DNA of 22,035 nucleotides from a virus: UHGV virus genome UHGV-0200595; one strand, 5' to 3'. Shown piece by piece: positions 1 to 5,931 of this stretch (position 1 is its first letter; each line of letters starts with the position of its first letter). The notes under the pieces were generated by a model. It saw only the letters and a program-made list of their open reading frames with translations, ran no database searches and was not told where the DNA came from. The position numbers and the translations under genes were made by a program.

Positions 1-36
1 CAAGAAAACGATAGCAGCCTCAATGCACCCACACTC

Positions 37-60
37 AACCCGCTTTGGCGGGTTTTTTTA
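37..60 (+). terminator. Rho-independent terminator: stem AACCCGC / GCGGGTT, loop TTTG, followed by a run of 7 T
   Basis: GC hairpin at 37-54 followed by TTTTTTT (53-59). The T-run follows the stem only on the + strand. It ends the upstream + strand transcription unit (nin-region tR-like). Confidence 0.6.
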
Positions 61-93
61 TACCCAATCACTTGATTTGAGCTGAAAAATTGA

Positions 94-113
94 TACTGTA
101 TATACATACAGTA
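94..113. promoter_or_regulatory. LexA (SOS) box TACTGTATATACATACAGTA
   Basis: CTGT-N8-ACAG with an AT-rich spacer. It matches the 20-mer consensus TACTGTATATATATACAGTA at 19/20 positions. It lies in an AT-rich island (about 61-318) with TTGATT/TTGATA -35-like hexamers at 73-78 and 90-95 and a TATATAAG element at 124-131. The promoter direction is not resolved. Confidence 0.7.
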
Positions 114-318
114 TTCGGCGAGATATATAAGCGTGTAAAAACCTTTCGTTAACCAGAACAGATACTAAGTGATTAAAAAATACCCATAAATATGAACGTA
201 AATGCATCAAATTTACATACAGCGCGAATTAAATGATTACACTCGTTATATTTCCTCCCGCAACAAAAATTGCGTATAACCGTGTATTTTCATTTTCCCT
301 TAGTAGCAAGGAGGTATT

Positions 319-531
319 ATGAAAAATTTTCAGGGAACCATTAACCGCAAGTATGTGGTCATTCGTCGGGATGATATGTCGGTTGTGGCGGAAATGGATT
401 ATTTCCCGGATACCGAGAGAGCTATTTGGATACGTAGCGGAAGAACGCTGAATATTCGCCCGCTTAAGCCAGATGAGCGGGTTGTTTCTCCCACAGTTCT
501 CCGTGAAATGGTTTGCCAGTTTATTGGGTAA
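319..531 (+). CDS. Hypothetical 70-aa phage protein (moron-like, downstream of the LexA box)
   Basis: ORF with a strong SD (AAGGAGGT) 6 nt before the ATG. It has coding-like composition and is preceded by an AT-rich promoter-like region. No family recognised from memory. Confidence 0.55.
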   Translation: MKNFQGTINRKYVVIRRDDMSVVAEMDYFPDTERAIWIRSGRTLNIRPLKPDERVVSPTVLREMVCQFIG

Positions 532-618
532 ACTTGAAGCCGTTTAAGGCTTCAATAATAATATCCCTGCATGCCTGAACAACATGCAACCTGATAACGA
601 TGCGTCACTGAGGAAACT

Positions 619-1218
619 ATGGCGCATCTACAACTAGTCAAACAAACCTCTTCAGGATTACTGCTCCCGGCAACGCCGGAAAGTGGCGATTTCCTGCAAC
701 AAATTAAAATTGGTGAGTGGATACACGCTGACTTCAAGCGTGTGCGTAATTACGCATTCCATAAGCGATTTTTCAAACTTCTACAGCTTGGTTTCGATTA
801 CTGGACGCCAACAGGTGGCGTTATCACTCCGCGTGAGAGGAAGCTGGTTTCTGGCTTTGTTGATTTCTTGTGTGAGTCAGTAGGCCGGGAACATACCCCG
901 GCACTGAGCGATGCAGCAGAGCAGTATCTGCACGAAATCGCCACCAGGAGAACCGGGGACGTTGCTCTGCTCAAATCTTTCGATGCTTTCCGTGAATGGG
1001 TAACCGTTCAGGCTGGTTTTTTCCTGGAGATTGTCTACCCGGACGGCAGCCGCGGGCGCAGGGCTAAATCCATCTCTTTTGCGAATATGGACGAAGGCGA
1101 GTTTCAGCAGGTTTATAAAGCCGTACTCAACGTACTGTGGAATTGGATCCTGTTCCGAAAATTTTCTTCTCCGGAAGAAGTTGAGAACGTCGCCGCGCAG
1201 CTTCTGGAGTTCGCATGA
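619..1218 (+). CDS. DUF1367-family phage protein (nin-region protein)
   Basis: 199-aa ORF with an SD (GAGGAA) before the ATG. Its stop overlaps the next gene's start (ATGATGG). The sequence resembles the DUF1367 proteins found before Q in enterobacterial lambdoid prophages (recalled, not searched). Confidence 0.7.
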   Translation: MAHLQLVKQTSSGLLLPATPESGDFLQQIKIGEWIHADFKRVRNYAFHKRFFKLLQLGFDYWTPTGGVITPRERKLVSGFVDFLCESVGREHTPALSDAAEQYLHEIATRRTGDVALLKSFDAFREWVTVQAGFFLEIVYPDGSRGRRAKSISFANMDEGEFQQVYKAVLNVLWNWILFRKFSSPEEVENVAAQLLEFA

Positions 1219-1508
1219 TGGCTGATTTACGAAAAGCATCACGCGGCCTGATGTGTACAGTCAGGATCCCCGGTTACTGCAACCATAATCCCGAAACATC
1301 TGTGCTTGCGCACTACCGGATGGCCGGCACTTGCGGGACCGCAACAAAACCACACGATATGCAGGCGGCGATCGCCTGTTGTGCCTGCCATGACCTGATC
1401 GACGGTCGGGTAAAAACCGATGACTACAGCAAAGAAGAACTTCGCCTGATGCATGCAGAAGGCGTTTTCCGTACGCAAGAAATCTGGAGAGAGAAAGGGC
1501 TGATATGA
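1215..1508 (+). CDS. DUF1364 / YbcO-like Cys-rich putative nuclease
   Basis: 97 aa, MMADLRKASRG...CTVRIPGYCNHNPETSVLAH...CCACHDLIDGR. It closely resembles E. coli DLP12 YbcO (MADLRKAARG...CQVRIPGVCNGNPETSVLAH..., recalled). Translationally coupled on both sides. Confidence 0.75.
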   Translation: MMADLRKASRGLMCTVRIPGYCNHNPETSVLAHYRMAGTCGTATKPHDMQAAIACCACHDLIDGRVKTDDYSKEELRLMHAEGVFRTQEIWREKGLI

Positions 1509-2047
1509 TTTACCCAACCAATACAGGAAAACCAGGTGAACACCTTCGCCTTAGCACACTCGAGAGCGTATGGATTCAGGGCAAGTTGCGTATGTGGGGC
1601 CGTTGGTCGTACATCGGCAGCGGTAAACCTGGCAACATGTTTAACCAGTTGCTGACGTCTAAAAAACTGACCAAAACAGCGATAAATGAGGCGCTCCGCA
1701 GAATGAAGCGGGCAGGGCTGGATAAACCGGAACTTGAGGCATTTTTGCGGGATATGATTAACGGTAAACAAAAAAGCTGGCTTGCACACTGTTCGGATGC
1801 GGAGGCGTTAAAAATCGACGGGGTTATCGGTGAAGTCCTGGCGGATCATCCCAGATTGTTCAATATCCTGAGTCAGCGTTATGTGGGGCGGGGGATGAGT
1901 AAGCGCATGATGGCCGAGAGGTTAAATGAAGTACATCCAGAATGGTGCTTTAGCACATGCGAAAAGCGGATCGCTAATTGGTTAGCTGTCGCAGAATATA
2001 TGCTTTATATCCCCATGCATGAATCATTTGCTCAAAAAATGACTTGA
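1505..2047 (+). CDS. Late-gene antiterminator Q-like protein (phage antitermination Q family, QuuD-like)
   Basis: 180 aa. It sits immediately upstream of a pR'-like promoter and tR' terminator. It contains the LRMWGRW motif reminiscent of LERWGAW in QuuD-type Q proteins. The position after the nin-type genes is typical for Q. Confidence 0.65.
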   Translation: MIYPTNTGKPGEHLRLSTLESVWIQGKLRMWGRWSYIGSGKPGNMFNQLLTSKKLTKTAINEALRRMKRAGLDKPELEAFLRDMINGKQKSWLAHCSDAEALKIDGVIGEVLADHPRLFNILSQRYVGRGMSKRMMAERLNEVHPEWCFSTCEKRIANWLAVAEYMLYIPMHESFAQKMT

Positions 2048-2073
2048 CTTTTTACGCACAAATTGCTCAAATT
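2044..2073 (+). promoter_or_regulatory. Late promoter pR' (-35 TTGACT 2044-2049; -10 CAAATT 2068-2073, 18-bp spacer) with presumed qut region
   Basis: The -35 TTGACT overlaps the Q stop codon. The -10 resembles lambda pR' TAAATT. An intrinsic terminator follows about 60 nt downstream, giving a 6S-like leader. Confidence 0.55.
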
Positions 2074-2132
2074 CTGGTACGCTTCGCATAGCTGTATCGC
2101 GAGGCGAATGACAGACATAAACGCAACACTTA

Positions 2133-2158
2133 ACCCGCCATCGTGCGGGTTTTTTGTG
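2133..2158 (+). terminator. tR'-like rho-independent terminator (ACCCGC-CATCGT-GCGGGT + TTTTTTGTG)
   Basis: GC-rich hairpin followed by a T-run, about 60 nt downstream of the pR'-like promoter. Confidence 0.7.
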
Positions 2159-2660
2159 CCCTAAAAGTGAGGGGCAGTACGGTAAACGCGGTGGTGGTTG
2201 TGGATACCGGCTTTTCATCTTGCACTGGTTTAGCGTCAGTCAGTGGCAGTTGCCGAATGAAGCGGATTACCTGAAGCTGCAGGCGCTGTTTGCACAGGTG
2301 GCGGCAGAAAAGCATCTGCGTGATGAACTGGAAAAGCCACACCACCAGCTTGTAACAACATACGGTGAACTGAACCGAAAATATGCAGAGTTACAGGAAG
2401 AGTACAAATCTCTCTGGCGACATTTTTCTGTGTCCGTACTGGTTCCCTACACCGACGCCTGGACGCACAAGCCCGTGCAATTTTATCCCGGCAAACATCC
2501 CTGTGAAAAACCGGCTGACATGCTGAGGCAGATAATTGAAACCAGCAACCGTCCTGGGGATTTGGTCGCGGACTTTTTCATGGGATCGGGTTCTACTGTA
2601 AAAGCTGCGTTATCGTTGGGGCGTCGCGCGGTTGGTGTGGACGGTTTGAACAGACTGTAG
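2154..2660 (+). pseudogene. C-terminal fragment of a beta-class N6-adenine/N4-cytosine DNA methyltransferase (N-terminal DPPY half absent)
   Basis: The C-terminal 60 aa, HPCEKPADMLRQIIETSNRPGDLVADFFMGSGSTVKAALSLGRRAVGVD, match the conserved HPTxKP ... D-FxGSGTT ... LGRxxIGIE SAM-binding segment of the N6_N4_Mtase family. The upstream part of the ORF is coiled-coil-like with no DPPY motif. The ORF has no ATG (track start is TTG inside the tR' hairpin) and no SD. Confidence 0.5.
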
Positions 2661-2722
2661 GGGAGATTAGTGAAATTGTTGCGGGAGGAAGGAAGCCCCG
2701 CTAAACCGGGGCCGTAAAATCA

Positions 2723-3154
2723 TCATTGCTTCAGTTCATGGCGGGCAGCTTCAGCGATGAAGTGACTGCGGTCGCGATAAACGTTGCTGGCCTTTACTGC
2801 ATTATCGATCCGCTTAATCAGCGTATCAGGTAATGAGATGTTTATGCGCTGAGGCTTGCCTTCGAATTCTGACAAATCAACGTCGACCATAACCCAGCTG
2901 TCGAAGTCTTTATATTCTGGATTAACGGAATAAACCAGATAGCCAGCATCCTTGATATCTTCGACAGCAACATCGTTATTCTGAACCAGGTCTTCGACAA
3001 CCATCAGGATAGCTTCTTTCACCATTGGGGCAATCTGGTCCTGAGTATCAGCAGCGGAGAAACATCCGTAATCGTAAGCTGAAAACGCGGGAACGATCAT
3101 ACCGTAGGCGGTCTTTTCATCTTTCGGCGTCTCGACGCCCACTGAGAAGAACAT
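2723..3154 (-). CDS. hicB: HicB-family antitoxin (N-terminal HicB fold plus C-terminal ribbon-helix-helix DNA-binding domain)
   Basis: 143 aa. The N-terminal region YGMIVPAFSAYDYGCFSAADTQDQIAPMVKEAI is HicB-like. The C-terminal region RINISLPDTLIKRIDNAVKA...RSHFIAEAARHEL is RHH-like. SD GGAGG 5 nt before the ATG. It lies 17 nt downstream of hicA on the same strand. Confidence 0.8.
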   Translation of the reverse strand: MFFSVGVETPKDEKTAYGMIVPAFSAYDYGCFSAADTQDQIAPMVKEAILMVVEDLVQNNDVAVEDIKDAGYLVYSVNPEYKDFDSWVMVDVDLSEFEGKPQRINISLPDTLIKRIDNAVKASNVYRDRSHFIAEAARHELKQ

Positions 3155-3178
3155 ATCAACCTCCAGAGAGGGCGGGGA

Positions 3179-3361
3179 TTAGAACCCCGCCAGTTTTTTA
3201 ATGGATTTGACAGTGCCGAGAGGTAAGTCCTTTTTTGGATGCGGAACCGGAAAAGTTTTTCCGGTTATCGGTGACCACCATATCTGGTGGCTTCCTCCGT
3301 TATGCCTTTTGAGTTCACATCCGGCAGCAGTCAATTCCTTTATCAGGTCAGTAGATTTCAT
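3179..3361 (-). CDS. hicA: HicA-family mRNA interferase toxin
   Basis: 60 aa, MKSTDLIKELTAAGCELKRHNGGSHQIWWSPITGKTFPVPHPKKDLPLGTVKSIKKLAGF, a typical HicA (GSH...HP...VPxHPxKDLxxGTxxSIxKxAG). Perfect SD AGGAGG 4 nt upstream. The track ORF (to 3397) has a 12-aa N-terminal extension that I reject. Confidence 0.85.
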   Translation of the reverse strand: MKSTDLIKELTAAGCELKRHNGGSHQIWWSPITGKTFPVPHPKKDLPLGTVKSIKKLAGF

Positions 3362-3383
3362 GTTTCCTCCTGGCCTGAAAACT

Positions 3384-3435
3384 ATTATACACACCAATAC
3401 ACACGAAGCAATATTTTGTGTGTATTCGTGTGTAA
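3384..3435 (-). promoter_or_regulatory. hicAB promoter with embedded palindromic operator
   Basis: On the minus strand, -10 TATAAT is perfect (+ coordinates 3384-3389) and -35 is TTGCTT (3406-3411) with a 16-bp spacer. These are overlapped by four copies of ATACACAC, two direct at 3388-3404 and two inverted at 3418-3435. This includes a perfect 10-bp inverted repeat TACACACGAA (3398-3407) / TTCGTGTGTA (3425-3434). Confidence 0.65.
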
Positions 3436-3455
3436 ATTTGATGGGGTGTTATTAA

Positions 3456-3478
3456 CGGGCCGCTGGTGGCCCTTTTTC
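3456..3478 (+). terminator. Rho-independent terminator (GGGCC-GCTGGT-GGCCC + TTTTT) immediately upstream of the holin gene
   Basis: 5-6 bp GC stem followed by TTTTT. It is + strand specific, about 20 nt before the holin SD. Confidence 0.55.
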
Positions 3479-3496
3479 ATTTACAGGAGAAAAAGT

Positions 3497-3889
3497 ATGT
3501 CTGAACCCTTATCCGGTTCCGGCACGGCTGCTGCGCTCGGAGGGGCGACGGTGTTCGGGCTGTTTACCGGAACGGATTTCGGGATTGTGTTTGGCGCATT
3601 TGCCGGGGCGCTGTTTGTGGCCACGATGCCGCAGGCGCTTTCAGCCTGGCGGGTGGCGGCGCATTTTCTGGTGTCGTTCATAGTCGGTGTGCTGGGAGCG
3701 CGTGTGCTGTCAGTCTGGATTGCATCAAAAACAGGTTATGACGGCACATCGGCGGATGCATTGTGCGCGGTGCTGGTATCGGTGGTGTCGGTAAAGGTTC
3801 TGTCGTTCATTCACCAGCAGGATATTACATCACTGGTGTCCGGCCTGTTCTCCCGCCTGCGGGGCGGAGGAGGTGGCAATGGCAGGTAA
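3497..3889 (+). CDS. Putative holin (131 aa, Gly-rich multi-TMD membrane protein)
   Basis: SD ACAGGAGA before the ATG at 3497. There are 3-4 predicted TM helices with GxxxG-rich segments. It is the first gene of a lysis cassette followed by an endolysin. The track's longer ORF from 3287 overlaps hicA and is rejected. Confidence 0.55.
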   Translation: MSEPLSGSGTAAALGGATVFGLFTGTDFGIVFGAFAGALFVATMPQALSAWRVAAHFLVSFIVGVLGARVLSVWIASKTGYDGTSADALCAVLVSVVSVKVLSFIHQQDITSLVSGLFSRLRGGGGGNGR

Positions 3890-4157
3890 TATTCCAGGAT
3901 TGCTGAATGTGGCGCTATGTACGGTTATCGTGCTGGCGCTTTTTTTTTACCGCAGAAAAGACGCCACGCATAAACCTCTGGTGTCGTGGCTAGCCTGGCT
4001 GCTGATGTTGATATATGCGGTCGCGCCGCTCAGTTTTCTGTGCGGTCGTCCTCTTCCCGGTAACTGGGCGGTGGTGCTGGCTAATCTGTTGTTCTGTGTG
4101 CTGGTGGTATGGGCGCGCGGGAATGTGTCAAAAATCCTTTCATTACTGAGGCACTGA
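3879..4157 (+). CDS. Second small lysis-cassette membrane protein (3 TMD; holin or antiholin-like)
   Basis: 92 aa with three hydrophobic helices. The ATG at 3879 has a GGAGGAGG SD and overlaps the end of the upstream gene (translational coupling). The track calls a GTG at 3873. Confidence 0.5.
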   Translation: MAGNIPGLLNVALCTVIVLALFFYRRKDATHKPLVSWLAWLLMLIYAVAPLSFLCGRPLPGNWAVVLANLLFCVLVVWARGNVSKILSLLRH

Positions 4158-4158
4158 G

Positions 4159-4704
4159 ATGAAATCGAAGGACGTTATTTTTGATGAAATCCTCGGAAAA
4201 GAGGGAGGCTACGTAGACCATCCCGATGACAAGGGCGGCCCGACAAAGTGGGGTATCACTGAAAAAGTGGCTCGGGCACATGGATACCTTGGCGATATGC
4301 ACGATTTAACTCGAGGACAGGCGCTGGAAATTCTCGAGGCTGATTACTGGTACGGACCCCGTTTCGACCAGGTTTCCGCGTTATCCCCCGATATTGCCGC
4401 CGAGCTGTGCGACACGGGTGTGAATATGGGGCCGTCCGTGGCGACGAAGATGCTTCAGCGCTGGCTGAACGTATTCAACCAGGGCGGAAAACTTTACCCG
4501 GATATGGATGCCGATGGGCGTATCGGCCCACGGACTCTTAATGCGTTACGGGTATATCTGCAAAAACGAGGCAAAGACGGTGAACTGGTGTTGCTCACAT
4601 CGCTGAACTGCACGCAGGGAGAGCGCTACCTTGCTCTGGCCGAGAAACGCGAGGCTAATGAGTCCTTTGTATACGGCTGGATGAAGGAGCGCGTCGCACT
4701 ATGA
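4159..4704 (+). CDS. Endolysin (GH108-like N-terminal muramidase domain plus C-terminal peptidoglycan-binding PG_binding_3-like domain)
   Basis: 181 aa. The N-terminus EGGYVDHPDDKGGPTKWGIT is the hallmark of GH108 / DUF847 phage lysozymes. Its position after the holin-like genes is consistent. Confidence 0.8.
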   Translation: MKSKDVIFDEILGKEGGYVDHPDDKGGPTKWGITEKVARAHGYLGDMHDLTRGQALEILEADYWYGPRFDQVSALSPDIAAELCDTGVNMGPSVATKMLQRWLNVFNQGGKLYPDMDADGRIGPRTLNALRVYLQKRGKDGELVLLTSLNCTQGERYLALAEKREANESFVYGWMKERVAL

Positions 4705-4883
4705 AGCGAAAGCACAGGACACATCGAATGCCGCGAACAAAAACGAAAAAGGCACTGGTAGCGATACTGGTGCCCTTTTTGTTAGTGGGCTGCGCCAGCC
4801 TGGAAAAAGCGCGTCAGCTTTTCGATACCGCTTCTCAGGTCTGCCGGCTTATTAATAGCGTGCGGCAATGTACGCAGAACTGA
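4701..4883 (+). CDS. Small lipoprotein (lipobox LLVGC), possible Rz1/o-spanin-like lysis accessory protein
   Basis: 60 aa. The start ATGA overlaps the endolysin stop. It has a basic n-region, a hydrophobic h-region and an LVGC lipobox. The mature part is about 38 aa with two further Cys. No i-spanin partner ORF is present. Confidence 0.45.
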   Translation: MKRKHRTHRMPRTKTKKALVAILVPFLLVGCASLEKARQLFDTASQVCRLINSVRQCTQN

Positions 4884-5055
4884 TCACCCGCGAAGGCAGA
4901 ATATTTTACTGAAAAATGACGTTGGCCAGCGCGTCCGGAAAGCAAAAAATTCTGCGGAGTGCGGTGTTTTTGAATAATAAATGCTGATTTCGATTTTCAC
5001 GATTCAGATATCGATCACTGGTATTACAGCAGCCCTTCAATGAGGGGCTGCGATA

Positions 5056-5931
5056 ATGCCAAAGTTCGCCATCGGCACCCGCCGCGCACCCTGCGCACTG
5101 GTCGATGGTGGACTTTTCAAATTTCAACATCGAGGCTGTATGTGCGAAGAATTAACAATCGTCTATCGCCCGTTAAATGAACTGATACCGTGTGCAAGAA
5201 ATGCCAGAACCCACAGTGATGAGCAGGTGGCGCAATTGGTCGCCAGTATTAAGGAATTTGGCTGGACAAATCCGGTGCTGGTTGATGAAAACGGAGAGAT
5301 TATTGCCGGACATGGTCGTGTCATGGCCGCAGAATCGCTTGGCATGGATATCGTTCCGGTAATTGTCCTTACGAATCTGACAGACGATCAGAAACGGGCG
5401 TATCGTCTGGCAGATAACCGGCTGCCGATGAATGCAGGCTGGGATGTGGAACTGCTGAGGCTGGAAATTGCAGATTTGCTGGATGCTGATTTCGATATTT
5501 CTCTGACAGGGTTTAACCAGGCAGAGATTGACGAACTGCTGACTGAAATTACAACAGACACAGAAAGCGGCGATGAGCCGTACACAGCAAAAATTGATAC
5601 GCCTGTTTATGAGCCGTCAGGAGAAAAGCCTGATATCGGAGAATTGTACGACGACGAGAAGACTCAGGAACTGGCAGAGCGTATCCGCAAAGCCGGGCTT
5701 GACCCAGAGATCGAAAAATTCCTCCTGAGTGCAGCAGAGCGGCACACCATTTTCAATTTCAGCAAAATTGCTGATTACTATGCTCACGCTCCGGCAGAGA
5801 TACAGGCGCTGTTCGAAGAATCCGCACTGGTGATCATTGATTTTCAGCAAGCCATTGAACACGGTTTTGTCCGTATGACTCAGCGCATGGTGGAGATCAT
5901 GCATGGAGATGAGGAGGAGGAATATGCGTGA
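5056..5931 (+). CDS. ParB-like nuclease domain (ParB/Srx fold) protein
   Basis: IVYRPLNELIPCARNARTHSDEQVAQLVASIKEFGWTNPVLVDENGEIIAGHGRVMAAESLGMDIVPVIVL...DISLTGFNQAEIDELL is a typical ParB N-terminal domain with a phage-type LTGF linker. An alternative start at ATG 5140 (SD GAGG) is just before the ParB domain. The stop overlaps the next gene. Confidence 0.75.
   Translation: MPKFAIGTRRAPCALVDGGLFKFQHRGCMCEELTIVYRPLNELIPCARNARTHSDEQVAQLVASIKEFGWTNPVLVDENGEIIAGHGRVMAAESLGMDIVPVIVLTNLTDDQKRAYRLADNRLPMNAGWDVELLRLEIADLLDADFDISLTGFNQAEIDELLTEITTDTESGDEPYTAKIDTPVYEPSGEKPDIGELYDDEKTQELAERIRKAGLDPEIEKFLLSAAERHTIFNFSKIADYYAHAPAEIQALFEESALVIIDFQQAIEHGFVRMTQRMVEIMHGDEEEEYA

Noticed and set aside
547-564. 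Hairpin GAAGCC-GTTTAA-GGCTTC as a terminator after the 70-aa gene
   Set aside because: No U-run follows on either strand, so at most it is a weak pause or stability element. This is why readthrough toward Q was considered.
1424-1789. 121-aa minus-strand ORF overlapping the YbcO-like/Q-like junction
   Set aside because: It is antisense to two translationally coupled, homology-supported + strand genes and has no ribosome-binding site.
3362-3397. 12-codon N-terminal extension of hicA (MVCIIVFRPGGN)
   Set aside because: The conserved HicA N-terminus starts at MKST, which has a perfect AGGAGG SD. The extension would run into the promoter.
3287-3496. N-terminal extension of the holin ORF back to 3287
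   Set aside because: It would overlap hicA and its promoter on the opposite strand. A good SD and ATG are present at 3497.
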